From Malacoraja senta (taxonomy: Eukaryota): a stretch of 64,000 nt of DNA. The notes under the pieces are model-generated. The model saw nothing but the letters and a program-made list of their open reading frames with translations. It had not been told where the DNA came from and ran no database searches. Positions 1 to 11,852 of the stretch are shown in pieces (position 1 is the first letter of the stretch; every line of letters begins with the position of its first letter). The DNA lies in contig JAXLNO010005561.1 of assembly GCA_038087875.1 (NCBI GenBank), positions 1 through 64,000 on the forward strand, written 5' to 3'. The position numbers and the translations under genes are program-made.

Positions 1-188
1 GGGCATGTTGGTCGGTGTAGGCAAGTTGAGCCGAAGGGCCTGTTTCCACGCTGTGTGACTATGACATAGTGTCCAGTCCCGCCTCAAGACCCATCTCTTC
101 ACCTCTGTATACCCTTAGTCCCATGTTCCCCTCCCCTTTGCATCTCTGTCTTACTGCTCTATTTTGTTTTGTTTATTCCTGACTCTCA

Positions 189-255
189 ATGTAAAGCGAC
201 TTTGAGTCCTGAAAAGCGCTATATAAATAAAATGTATTATTATTATTATTATTAT
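189..255 (+). mobile_element. L2-type LINE/SINE 3' tail with (TTA)n
   Basis: tgtaaagcgactttgag...gaaaagcgctatataaataaaatg followed by (tat)n. Confidence 0.65.
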
Positions 256-925
256 GACAGAGGATCTTTGAATTAATGGGCAGAAGTTGACAGTCAGGGT
301 ATTGAGAAAGGTGCTAAAATGTCTTAGTGGACAGCATACAAAAACAAAGTCACTTTTGGTGATAAACCTCTATAGAACAGCCACAACTGGACGACTGTGT
401 CCAAACCTGGTGCCCATTTTGGGAAGAGTGTGAAGGACTTTGTGTGGGTAGGTGCAGAGTTCACCGCGATTGCAGGTGAAGTTCAAAAGGACCCTGGGTA
501 ATATTCGAAGGGAAGGAATTTGCAGAGAAGAAGGAAGGGAAGCGAGACCAGCTGGGTGGCTCTTACATAGAGCCAGCATGGGCTCAATGGGCCGAATGGC
601 CTCCGTCTGCACTGCAGCCTGCCAGTTGTCTGGCCACTGGTTATTGCAGAAGATATTAATGTATATGGAGTTATGGCTGGAACAGGGTGTAGAACAGCTA
701 TGATCAGACCGAGTAATAGACCAGGCACGTTGGGCCGAATGGGCTTCCCTTGTCGTGATTTCAAGTTTCTAGATTCCTGTATTTGACGCCGGACCGACTC
801 CTGGGATAAACAAATATGGTTATTTTAATTGGGTTCAGCATATAACCGAGGGCAGTCGCGTAAATGTGGAAAGGAGAAGGCAGGTGTGTGTACGATCACA
901 GGGGCAGGCACACTGCCGCTCCCCC

Positions 926-1078
926 TTTCCAGCTTTCCACCCCCCACCCCCCTCACCACCTCACTACAATCAGCCCGAAGAAGGGTCTCGACCCGAAACG
1001 TCACCTATTCTTTTGCCTGACTCGCCGAGTTACTCCAGCATTCGGTGTAAACCAGCATCTGTAGTTCCTTCCGACACG
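926..1078 (+). repeat. Penelope-terminus short repeat (hammerhead core with a U-to-C change)
   Basis: cagcccgaagaagggtctcgacccgaaacgtcacc...gagttactccagca...accagcatctgtagttccttcc. Confidence 0.8.
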
Positions 1079-1083
1079 CTTTA

Positions 1084-1246
1084 GTCTGAAGAACGGCCTG
1101 GTCGCTTTGGTCGGCGTGGGCAAGTTGGTCCGAAAGGCCTGTTTCCACGCTGCAAGACTCCACGGGTCTATGACCCGAAATGTCACCTATCCATTTTCTC
1201 CAGAGATGCTGCCTGACCTGCTGAGTTACTCCAGCACTTTGTATCC
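1084..1246 (+). repeat. Penelope-terminus repeat interrupted by a CR1/SINE 3' tail
   Basis: gtctgaagaa [~70-bp ggtcggcgtgggcaagttggtccgaaaggcctgtttccacgctg insert] gggtctatgacccgaaatgtcacc... Confidence 0.7.
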
Positions 1247-1658
1247 TTTAAACATTTCTAAATTTGTGTTTCTCAGTGAAATCCAGCTGACCGGGAGGGT
1301 GGGCAGTTGGGGTGACATTTACTAGGAGGTCATCCATCTCCTCCCACTGGGAATTCTCCTTTGTCAAGCTGTGAAGCCGTGGTTTGCGGTCAGTGAGTTG
1401 GCGTGTTCAGTGCGGGCGGGTGTGGGAGTGAAGTGTCGGTCCAGGAGGCAGAGTGAGGGCAGGTTCTCGGGCGCAGCTGAAGTGGACACCGTGGGCGGGG
1501 CAGTGGAAATGGGACTCGAGATTGGGAGAGCTGGAAAAGGCAAAGGGTCGTCAGGAGGAGGCCGCATGGATAAAGCAGCTCGCGGGGGTACAAAGTGCAG
1601 ACACTGGTTTAACAGGCTGAGTGACAGTAACTCCTGATTCTCTTGAAACTTTTGAGTT

Positions 1659-1842
1659 TGAAGAAGGGTCCCGACCCGAAACGGATCACCCGGAGGAAAC
1701 GCACGCGGTCACAGGGGGAACATCCAAACTCCACACCGACAGCTCCCATGGTCAGGGTCAAACTAAGGTCTCCGTTTTTCTCCCTTTTCTCCAGAGGTGC
1801 TGCCTGGCCCGCCAAGTTACTCCAGCATTTTGTGTCTATCTT
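1659..1842 (+). repeat. Penelope-terminus repeat interrupted by an antisense V-SINE fragment
   Basis: tgaagaagggtcccgacccgaaacg [cacccggaggaaacgcacgcggtcacaggggg...] ...ttttctccagaggtgctgcc...ttactccagcattttgtgtctatc. Confidence 0.7.
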
Positions 1843-2140
1843 GGCTGTAACTCCTGCTGTATCTCGCAGTGCTCTTACGTACAAGCCGATCACCCCTGGC
1901 CACAGATGGAGCAGCTAAAACCAGGGCTTCTGCGAGCGGGTGCATCAGCCTGCCGGCCAGGATTGATTCCAATCAACCCTTTGAGATTTGGAGGTCGTGT
2001 GGGGCCAGGCTGGCGTTTGTCTGCGCGACCGTTAGCCTGGAAGCAGCTGGTGCAGTCTGGCCCAGACATCTCAGTCAGAGTGACTGAGGGGCGCAGGGAC
2101 ACACAAGGCGCTCACTTCTCCTTCCAGACAACCATACATC

Positions 2141-2233
2141 CAGTCTGAAGAAGGGTCTCGACCCGAAACAACACATATTCCTTTTCTCCAGAGATGCTGC
2201 TTGACCCGCTGAGTTACTCCAGCATTTTGTGTC
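2141..2233 (+). repeat. Penelope-terminus repeat (cleavage-site triplet mutated)
   Basis: cagtctgaagaagggtctcgacccgaaacaacac...ccagcattttgtgtc. Confidence 0.8.
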
Positions 2234-2334
2234 ATCATACATCATCAATGTAGGTCCTCAACATTGGCCTTTGCATCTCAGAAGACATCTTTTGATTTAA
2301 ATTATACAAATTGTATAATTAAATTACACAAGGG

Positions 2335-2788
2335 AGGCACAGCGGGTAGAGCTGCTGCCTCACAGCGCCAGAGACCCGGGTTTGATCCTGACCTCGGGAA
2401 CTTGTTGTCTGTGTGGAGTTCGCACTTTCTCCTTGTGACTGCGTGGATTTCCTCCAAAATCCAAAAGACATACAGGTTTGTAGGTTAATTAGCTTCTGAA
2501 AGTTGCTCCTGGTGTGTCGGGAGTGTATGAGGAAGTGGGATAACACAGATTCTTAATTAGTAAGAGTGTCAAGGGTTATGGGGAGATGGCAGGATAATGC
2601 GGTTGAGAGCGAAAGATAGATCAGCCATGATTGAATGGCAGAGTAGACTCGATGGGCTGAATGGCCTAATTCTGCTCCTATGACATGAATTAGTGTGAAC
2701 GGGTGATGGATGATCGATATAGACTCAGTGGGCTCAAGGGCCTGTTTCCATGCTGTATCTTTAAACTAAACTAAACACTAAACTAAAC
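2335..2788 (+). mobile_element. tRNA-derived V-SINE (HE1-like) with a nested CR1 3' fragment (~2550-2690)
   Basis: ggcacagcgggtagagctgctgcctcacagcgccagagacccgggtttgatcctgac (A/B-box-like head), V-domain-like body, gggcctgtttccatgctgtatct, (aaact)n tail. Confidence 0.85.
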
Positions 2789-3039
2789 AACTAATGTAAT
2801 GACTGAAGAGATTCTGTTCCTGGGTGTTGTGGGCAAATATTAACCAAGGTGTTAGTCTTTGCACAGTCAGTCACAGGTCGAAGTTCAACATCAGAGCCTT
2901 AATATGAGAAGTGAAGTGAAGGGGAGAGCTGCACTGGTGGAGGTGTTGTCTTTCAGATTAAAAATTGGAGAAGACTAACTGAAGGCAGAAGATCTTGTGC
3001 CTACCAGATACTACCCCTCTGTATCCTGGCCACGATTTA

Positions 3040-3380
3040 GTCATAGTCAAAGAGTGTAAAAACAGGCCCTTCAGCCCAACTTTCCTACACCGACCAACAT
3101 GCCCCATCTACACTAGTCCCACCTGCTTGCGTTCTGCCCATATCCCTTCAAACCTATCCTATCCATGTACCTGTCTAAATGCTTCTTAAACATTGTGATA
3201 GTGCCTGCCTCAACCACCTTCTCCGGCAGCTCATTCCACACATCCACCTCCCTTTGTGTAAAAAAGTTATCCCTCGGGTTCCTACTGAATCTTTCCCCCC
3301 TCACGTTAAACCTATGTCCTCTGGTTCTTGATTCCCCTACTCTGGGAAAAATACTATGTGTGTTTACCCAATCTATTCCT
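3040..3380 (-). mobile_element. CR1 LINE 3' fragment
   Basis: RGERFSRNPRDNFFTQREVDVWNELPEKVVEAG...GRWD. Confidence 0.88.
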
Positions 3381-3735
3381 ATCTTGAGTGAATTTACCCT
3401 TCACCAGAATCACTAAAGGCAGATGACCTGCCCATTACAGAGTGCCATTTTGCCAGTTTGCTGGAGTACACTGGCTGCAAGATTCCACATTTTACAAACA
3501 CATGAGCATAGACCAGGTGGACAGTCATAGTCTTTTCCCCAGGATAGGGGGAAAACCAGAAGGCATCGGTTTATGGTGAGAGGGGAAAAATTTGAAGGGG
3601 ACTTGAGACAGGTTTTTCCACACAGAGGGTGGTGGGCGTATGGAACAGGCTGCCAGAGGAGGTTGGTAAGGTAAGTATAATAACACCATTTAAAAGATAT
3701 TTGGAAAGGTCCATGGATAAGCAAGGCTTAGAGGG

Positions 3736-3886
3736 ATAGACACAGTGCTAGAGTAACTCAATGTGTAAGGCAGCATCTCTGGAGGAAAAGGACGGGTGAC
3801 GTTTTTAGACTCAACACAAAACGTTACCCATCCTTTTTATCCAGTGATGCTGCCAGACCTGCTGAGTAACTCCAGCACTTTGTGTC
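3736..3886. repeat. Head-to-head inverted pair of Penelope-terminus repeats
   Basis: gacacagtgctagagtaactca...gggtgacgtttt / aaaacgttaccc...gagtaactccagcactttgtgtc. Confidence 0.8.
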
Positions 3887-4274
3887 GTTTTTTGTCAGAT
3901 ACCCCACTGTGCAGATGGCAGGGTGTTAGACTCTGTACTGGTGAATGAACTGGGATATATTTCCAGGAGAGTAGGCTACTTGATGCCAGAACCAGAACTT
4001 CCATCATCCATCAGATTCAGAGCAATCAGGATTCACCTCATTCAATTAAGCGTACTCCATCCTTCAAATAGCTAAATGCACATGGGGAATTAACAGTTGA
4101 TCAACTGGTATGCAGTGGCCTGAGCTAATGGAGCTGCTCAAAAAGGGCTTTAAAGAAAACACAACCATGCTAGGCTGATATTTTTTCTCTACATTTGCAA
4201 AAATGAATCTACTTTCTATGGAACTTGAGTGTGACACAAAACATTTACAGAGACGAGGGGGGGGGGGGGGGGGC

Positions 4275-4625
4275 GGGGATCTCATTGAAACTTAGCCTAG
4301 AGTGGGTGTGGAGAGGATGTTTCCATGAGAGTCTAGGACCAGAGGCCATAGCCTCAGAATAAAAGGATGTACCTTTAGAAAGGAGATGAGGAGGAATTTC
4401 TTTAGTCAGAGGGTGCTGAATCTGTGGAATTCATTGCCACAGATAGCTGTAGAGGCCAAGTCAAGGATATTTTTAAGGCGGAGATTGATAGATTCTTGAT
4501 TAGTACGGGTGTCAGGGGTTATGGTGAGAAGGCAGGAGAATGGGGTCGAGAGGGAAAGATTGATCAGCCATGAGTGAATGGCGGAGTAGACTAGATGGGC
4601 CAAATGCCCTTATTCTGCTCCTTTA
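4275..4625 (+). mobile_element. CR1 LINE 3' fragment (second subfamily)
   Basis: gaggaggaatttctttagtcagagggtgctgaatctgtggaattcattgcc...gatcagccatga...tattctgctcct. Confidence 0.85.
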
Positions 4626-5573
4626 ACTAATGAACGTGATTTTCTGAGGTAATAGACAAAGTGCAAATGAGCAGATATAACAGGTTAAGTCAAAACAGAA
4701 GGCGAGAACAACTCAGTGGGTCAGGCAGGATCTGTGGAGGCAAAAGGGGTAAATCGATATTTTGGGTTGAGACTCTCCATCAGGACTGTGAGAGGAGGGG
4801 AAAGATTGCCGGTGGCTGTTCCTATTGTGGAAACAAGAGCATCAGTGGCTAAGGCACCATCCTGACTCCAAAGCCCAAGGTTGTGTGTACAAGCCCCTGT
4901 CTGCTTGGAAACCCGACTGGTGTTCCAGCGAAATACTGAGGGTCGCCACCTGCCTCCAGCAGTGCTTACATTTTGAAAATACTTCAGCAGCTGTGCCGGC
5001 CTTTGGGACCTTGTGACATTCTTTTCGAGGGGCCTTTCATTTAAAACCCGCAAGTAATATTAATCTCTGCCCCCGAGAGAATTTCAAATCCTTTTTAAAG
5101 GAGTGAGGTTGCTTGGTGAGCAACTAGACTGTTGCACCACAGACAACCAGGAGCAGAAGCAAACTTCCCCGATATGCCTACAAGCTCCTCTGGGATTCCA
5201 ACTAATTAGGCCAACCTGGAGATATTTGTGCAAGTAAATTTCATCAGTTAACACTGCAAACTCAGCCCTGGGAACACCTTAGCTTGAAATTATGCCCACA
5301 AACACGGAATGGTGGTCAAAATTTCTACGTGGACTGGAATAAAGGAGCAGTTTTACTTCCTTGTAAAGAAATGCCAAGGCCATTAAACAAAGAATGCTTT
5401 GTCTGACAGTTATTATGTAAAGTTTGGGGACACAGTAGACTGCAGATGCTGCAATCTTCAGCAAAAGACAAAATGCTGGAGGAACTCCACAGGTCAGACA
5501 GCATCTGTGGAGGGTATGGACATGTGATGTTTTAGGTCGCAAGTAGAAGGGTCCCAATCTGAAATGTTGCCTG

Positions 5574-6526
5574 TACTCACTCTATACTCATGACAGTGTA
5601 GCCAGAAATAGTGCGAACTCCATCGTCTAGTTCGTCGACGACAGCACCGTTGTGGGATGAATTACAGATGGCAATGAGTCAGAGTATAGAAGTGAGATCG
5701 ACCGATTGACCAAATGGTGCCAGCACAACAACCTGGCTCTCAATATCATTAAAACCAAAGAACTGATTGTGGACTTTGGAAGAGGAAGGATGAGGACCCA
5801 CAGTCCTGTTTATATCAATGGGACGATAGTGGAGACAGAAACTTCAAATTCCTGGGCGTGCACATTTCCGAAGATCTTTCCTGGACCCAGCACACTGATG
5901 CAATTATAAGGAAAGCACATCAGCACCTCTACTTCCTGAGAAGATTACGGAGATTCGGTATGTCAAAGAGGATTCTCTTGAACTTCTACAGGTGCACAGT
6001 AGAAAGCATATTGACTGGTTGCATCATTGTCTGGTTCGGCAACTTGATCGTTCGGGAGCGGAAAAGACTGCAAAATCATTTGAACACTGCCCAGTCCATC
6101 ACTGGCTCTGACCTCCCTACCATCAAAGGGATTTATCGGAGTCGCTGCCTCAAAAAGGCAGACATCATCAGAGACCAACACCATTCTGGCCTCACACTCA
6201 TTTCACCACTGCCATGGGGAAGAAGGTACAAGAATCTGAAAACTGTAACGTCCAGGTTCAGGAACAGCTTCTTCCCTACAGCCATCAGGCTATTAAACAC
6301 CACAACCTCATATAGGATCTGAACTACAATAGACTATTATTATTATTGTTGCACTGTTTTGTTTGTTTTTTGAGTATATGTGTATGTGTATATATATATA
6401 TATATATACATGGGTATGCTGTGAGTATGTGTATATAAACACACTGAGCTTTTCTTTTCTCTCTCTCGTTTGTCATATCATACTGTTTGCATATTCTGTT
6501 GTGTTGCAGCAAGTAAGAATATCATT
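5574..6526 (+). mobile_element. Rex1/Babar-type LINE 3' fragment
   Basis: YSLYTHD...FVDDSTVVG...WCQHNNLALNIIKTKELIVDF; KAHQHLYFLRRLRRF...FYRCTVESILTGCI; RFRNSFFPTAIRLLN. Confidence 0.88.
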
Positions 6527-6696
6527 TTTCTACCTGACCCGCTGAGTATACCTGACCCGCTGTGTTCTTCCAGCAATTGATTTTTTTGCACAGAATAAAA
6601 TTGATTGTTCCGGCCTTCCGGATTCATGCTTCATCAGAGCATCGGAATCCAGGACTCACACTTTTCCATAGTCACTTTTTCCAAGACATCCACTGT

Positions 6697-6800
6697 GAAT
6701 GGCTCGATTGTAATCATGTATTGTCTTTCCGCTGACTGGCTAGTATGCAACAAATGCTTTTCACTATACCTCAGTACGTGACAATAAACTAAACTCAAAC
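6697..6800 (+). repeat. Rex1-like LINE 3' tail fragment (related copies at ~31485-31580 and ~32010-32232)
   Basis: cgattgtaatcatgtattgtctttcc-tgactgg-tag...cttttcact...gtgaca-taaactaaact, shared between copies. Confidence 0.65.
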
Positions 6801-7044
6801 ATTGCAGGAATCAGTGATAAGCTTTTCCCCTCCAAGGTGCAGTTGGCAAAGAAGCCGGCAATGGCTGTCAACACACACAAAGGATCCAGTGTTAGATCGC
6901 CAGCAACCAATATCCTCTCATCAGTTCCAGTATCATTCGGGTGGAGAGAATGAAACCAATTCTAATTCTAGTTCTCCCTAGGCTATGGTGTTTAAGCTGG
7001 AATCCAGCAGTGTTCAACTTGGGTCAGTATTGAATTGTACTCAA

Positions 7045-7118
7045 AAGTAACTCAGCGAGTCAAGCAGCATCTATGAAGAACATGTATAAGTGACGTTTCT
7101 AGTCTGGACCCTTCTGAC
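7045..7118 (-). repeat. Degenerate Penelope-terminus repeat
   Basis: agtaactcagcgagtcaagcagcatct...gtgacgtttctagtctggacccttc. Confidence 0.65.
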
Positions 7119-7478
7119 TTGCCTGAAGAAGCCATGCTGCTGTGCATCCTTTGAAAAACCAGGCCTCTCAGCCAAAACATCAAAGGTTTTCTGCACTTTG
7201 AACAAGAGGCAAAGGAGAATTGTGGGGGTTGGAGGAACTGGGTGATCTGACTGACTGATCTCTCTCTCTCTCTCCCTGTTTACTCTTTTTAAACTTTGTA
7301 CTTGTTCAGATTGTCACCTGTACACCAGGGATCAAACACAGTTGATCTGACCTGCCCGTACCCAATGTAAAAGAAACATATTTACATGGGTGAGTTGTCT
7401 TAGATCTCAGTGGCAACGGCTGCAGAAAGATATGGATTGTGTTAGAAAGATACAAAACCATGTTCTGGGCAAACATTT

Positions 7479-7484
7479 TTTATT
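7479..7484 (-). promoter_or_regulatory. Candidate distal polyadenylation signal AATAAA of SKI
   Basis: tttatt on + at the edge of the TE-free block. Confidence 0.5.
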
Positions 7485-10400
7485 TATGGTAATGCCATCT
7501 ATACACTGTACATTCAGTCACTGTGTCCATTGCAAACTGGTTTTGCATTGCTATTTCTTACATATCTCATCAAGTCCATTATTTTACATGACTGGTAGGA
7601 GGGTTAAGGAGTGGAATGGTGGAGAGGAGAGAGGGGACAGGGCAGACAGGTACACAGCGCAGTAGATAAATAGGCCGAGCAGTTTTTTTTTGTTTAGGCA
7701 TTTATAAACAAGAAAGCATACATTTATTATTACATAAAAATAGTTCTAAAGATTGGAAATTAAGTTGCTTATCTTAGCAGCAGCTTACATATGAAAGAAA
7801 ATCAAATATAAATATGTTGAAATGCATAGGTAATGCGACCGTGAGCCTTGCTGCCGATGTGGAGAGCACAGTAACCAGGCCCATGTACAGTGTCACTCAA
7901 GATCAACGGTTGCACATAACAACTGCTCATTCTTTTTTTAATTGAAAATCATTCTTAGGAGAGTAAAAATATGACACTTAGTTTTAAGAAAAACAGCCTT
8001 AATATTGGTGGGGGATGGGGACAGAAAAGATTAAAGTTGAATTTATCAAACATCAAAAAGAAAGGTTGGGAGGGTGCAGGTAAAAGAGGAATCCTTTACT
8101 AAGTGATTCCTTTGGAGCAGTTACTGACTGCAGTAATTCAGGCAATAACACAACCCAATATAACAAGACAACTATGACATAGAAAGGATCAAAAGGAAAA
8201 AAATATTGGAGATGAGCACAATATACACTTATAATACAGAGCATAAAATGAAAAAAGTATTTACAGGGTTTTTTGTACACTGGCTAGTTCATAGTGAAGC
8301 AGTTTAAAATGATTACTGGGTTTTTAAGCCAATACGTCCCCTTGAATAGAAGGCTCATATCTCTTATTCAAAGCATGAGTTTGGTTTCCTTAAAAAAATC
8401 CCTTGTTGTGGTATGGACATGAATGGCACCGGCTGACCATAAAACAATAGCAAAGGGGACAGCAGAGTCGAAACAAAGAGCGCACCATAAAATAATAGAT
8501 TGTGTTACTGTGTGTTAAAGGATTAAATACTGCTTTATGTGTTATGTATACATTACTTAAAAAGACAACCCTTGCACAGCACACACACAAAAAACTGGTA
8601 TAAAAAATTACAAATAAAAAACTACATTAACATAAAAATATGAAAACTATTTTTATTACTGTAATCAACCCTCTTCTGTACTCTTCTTTCATCTGCATGC
8701 AAAACTCCATTAAAAAAGATTGAACTAAAAACTATTTGAACATTTTTTCCATCAAGTAACTCTGGACATTATTGGTGCAAAAACCCAGTTGTAGTTAGCT
8801 GCCCCTCAGATATAAAGCATTATTGCTGAAGAATGTATTCATTTAAAAAAAATGTTCCTGAATTTTTTTTTTTTTGCCTTTTATCCCCCCAACTATTTGA
8901 AACGTTTGTATTAAAGTAACATGAATCATCACTACCGACTGAACAATAAGCCGCTTACAAAAAGAACACAGAACAGAAAGACATCTTCTGCCAGGAGAGT
9001 CAGTGCTGTCATTGCACTGGTCCTCCTGCTTTGAATTACTGTATCAAACAAGGAAAAGTCAATAAAACATCATATGAGACATCAAGAAAGAGAATAATGA
9101 CATATAAGGCTGATTTTTTTTGCATATTATATAAACATAAAACCCTTTAAATATACAAGTTTTAATGCCCATTAAAGAGTACTGTATGGTAGAAATATTG
9201 TAACTCCATGCATATGAAAGATATCGAGTCTTCCTATTACAAAAACAGATAAAGCAGAAATATCCCACATAATTGCATAAGCGTGATCTATGTTCCGTTT
9301 ACATTGCACGTAACGGGGGAATTATTATGTATTTGTGTTAAAATTTTTGTATTCGCTAAAGCGGATCTGGATCCCATTGTGTAGTGGGGTTATCACAATC
9401 CACTGTTGCAGCCTTAAAAATGGTTACAATGTTCACCCCATTTCCTCCAGATTTTTTCTTTACATCGTACACACCCCTGAAGTCTGGAGATGCCCTCTCA
9501 ACGCTTCCAAATTTCACTTGTACCTAAATTCTGAAGACCCGCCTCGTAGTCTCACAGTAACAATGGCGATTATACTGGATTCATGCAGAATAGTTTAAAA
9601 CACTTTATTTTTTTTTTGCTTTTATTCATTCCGTGTGATAAATATATATTTTATCCTTATTAATGAAACACAGCAGCAAGTGTCTTTTAAGTATTAAGAG
9701 AGAATACATTAATGTAGTTTACATCAGAGCATTCTACTAACATCAGATTACAAGATCTTATTGGGTTCTGGCCTTCATGTCAGATAATGCAGCAAGTGCA
9801 GAATGTATATTTTGTGTCATCATTGTTCTAACCAACCCCACCCCACACCATTCAACATCTGAGGCAGGTACATAGACTGCTGGCAGGGCACGACAAGGTG
9901 TTTGGCTTTATGCCATGTTCATCACTTTGGATGGAAGAGGTGTCTGTACATGGGCTATCTTTGTGCATTGTCAATGAGAGAATGTAATAGTCTTACAGTG
10001 GACAGCAGGGGGGGAGGGGTTTATTGTGGATGAAGTTTGGAGAGCGCTAGAGGCAGGGGACGGAAATACGTAGTCAACCAGAAAAATCAAAATTACTGTT
10101 TTCTTTAATGGTACAGCTCAGATGCATCTGGTAATAAATCTAGACGTCTGAATAAAGAATTGAGACAGTTCACATAACCAAAACAAGGCCCAGAACCATT
10201 CCTCCCCCAGAGAAAGTGAACTAAAACACATCAAAGTATTCTGTGTCAAGAAGAATTCACAGTGAAGCCAGATTTGTTCATGCAGAAGTTGGACAAAGTG
10301 AATTTTGCTATAACGCAGTATGTTTAAAGCCAGTAATCTTGTCACCTATACACACACGCATGCATGCGCATAGGTATCTGACTAAGCAAGGTACCCAATT

Positions 10401-11612
10401 GATCCTGTACTCTGTAAATGTTAGTTTAGCATACACATTGAACAGTACAATGCAGAAAAAAAACAAAAAAATCCCGAATAAAAGATACAATAATATTGAT
10501 AAACAAAAGAGCTCTGTAAATACTGTGAACAGAGAAATGCAGCTGGTACAAAGTGCTGCTGTGGTAAATTTTACTAAATTTTGCAAAAACATATTTTGGA
10601 ATGGTGTCCCAATTATACTGGATTTTCTTCTGTTGCTTGTAATCTCTCAACAACTGTCCCAGTTTTCTTTGTGATATTTCTCTCTCCATCCATTTTCTTC
10701 TTTCACTGAAGTGTTCTGGAGTTAGAATCACATTGTGATCACATCTCTCAAACAAAAATAAAACCAAAATTTTTTTCAAGTCTTTCCAGAGAATGCTCTG
10801 TTGCTGATAAGGCCAAGCAAGTATTTAACATCCCCTCCAGCTGAAAATAATCCAACTAAAAATGGAGTTGGTGGCTGGGGAGGGTGGGAAGGGAGGAAAC
10901 AAAAAAAGTCTTTGAAAGGCTCCATGAGCTGTTTATCTTTTTCTTACAAGGAGGGGGTGTTGCAGTAAAGTTGTTCCATGGCTTCCGATTTGACTCATGG
11001 TGCTCTCTAAATCAAGAGGAAAAGAAGTGGAGAGCAACAGCAGTGACAACAGCAGCCAATCCTGGGGAAAGCACAGGGACGTGTCAAGGAGAAAGCGAGT
11101 TGTCAGAACGACTGCACATGTTTCAAACTTGGTTTAAAATTAAGTCTTCCATTTTCAAAACAGTTTGTCTTTGTTTCTATACTTCAATAGCTTATTACAA
11201 AAGTAGAATTTGAAGAGTTCTGTAAATTAACCAGAGAAAGCACTGACAACCCTCCCCACCCTTTTGTTTTGTTCCTCCTCCCTTTCATTTTATTTGGTAC
11301 AATATGAGACAGACTTCCAGGAGTCCTGTACATCATGTGACGAGTTGTAGAAAAAAACCTCTAAGTAGCAGAGAAGAAATCCTCGGTGCTGTCACTAACC
11401 GTATTTATTAAAGTATTTCAGAAAGAGTTGAGTATCTGAGTCTGGCAGGATGGCAGGCACATGTTTCCTGTGCTGTACTGTGTCATTAGGGGAAGGGAGT
11501 TTCAGTGCGTGTGTCTGAAGTAACATTCTTTCTCCGAAAACAACCAACTCTTGTATCCTCCGTGTGTATGTGTGAATATATATGCATATGTTCACACAAA
11601 CACACGCGCAGC

Positions 11613-11615
<3 letters not shown>

Positions 11616-11643
<28 letters not shown>
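11616..11643. repeat. (AC)14 microsatellite, read as (UG)n in the SKI mRNA just after the stop codon
   Basis: Direct reading. Confidence 0.95.
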
Positions 11644-11646
<3 letters not shown>

Positions 11647-11663
11647 GTTTTGTGTATTTTCTT

Positions 11664-11852
11664 TTAAATCTCACTGTCTTTTGAGAGCACTTTGCTGGAG
11701 GTGGAGTTGCTTGGTTTCAGCCAGAGTTGTTCCTGAAGCTCTTTCACCATTTTTTCCAAGTGTTCCCGTGCCTCTCGTTCCCGCAGCAGGTCTGCCCGCA
11801 ACTGCTCCCGATCCGCCTCGGCATGCTGCAACTTCACCTGCAGCTCCTCAAT
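11664..11852 (-). CDS. SKI: SKI coding exon 7 (terminal, 189 bp including TAA)
   Basis: cttttcag|ATT. Translates [44 protein letters not shown]...DSEI*. Stop at 11664-11666. Confidence 0.96.
   Translation of the reverse strand: MEELQVKLQHAEADREQLRADLLREREAREHLEKMVKELQEQLWLKPSNSTSSKVLSKDSEI

Larger units (their letters stand above)
7460..11663 (-). other. SKI: Putative SKI 3' UTR (~4.2 kb)
   Basis: U-rich on the minus strand with no recognisable TE, unlike its flanks. AATAAA (tttatt on +) at 7479-7484 and 7723-7728. The end point is inferred. Confidence 0.65.

Noticed and set aside
1364-1637. GC-rich patch with overlapping ORFs, one resembling a signal peptide (GLLLTTLCLFQLSQS)
   Set aside because: No recognisable homology, no convincing ATG or splice context, and surrounded by TE fragments.
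1621-2148. 175-aa ORF
   Set aside because: Runs through fused Penelope and SINE fragments, with no domain.
926-2233. Clustered similar repeats resembling a CRISPR array
   Set aside because: Eukaryotic context, irregular spacing, and copies are dispersed across the window on both strands.
2335-2400. tRNA-like A/B-box sequences
   Set aside because: These are SINE heads continuing into a V-domain-like body and LINE tail, not tRNA genes.
2810-2962. Possible Deu-domain SINE remnant (also ~49500-49575)
   Set aside because: Only short, degenerate similarity from memory; too weak to annotate without an alignment.
1-7400. Possible 3' exons of MORN1, the tail-to-tail neighbour of SKI in mammals
   Set aside because: I could not find a MORN1-like peptide on the + strand. 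The short open frame after ttccag at ~3967 is unsupported.
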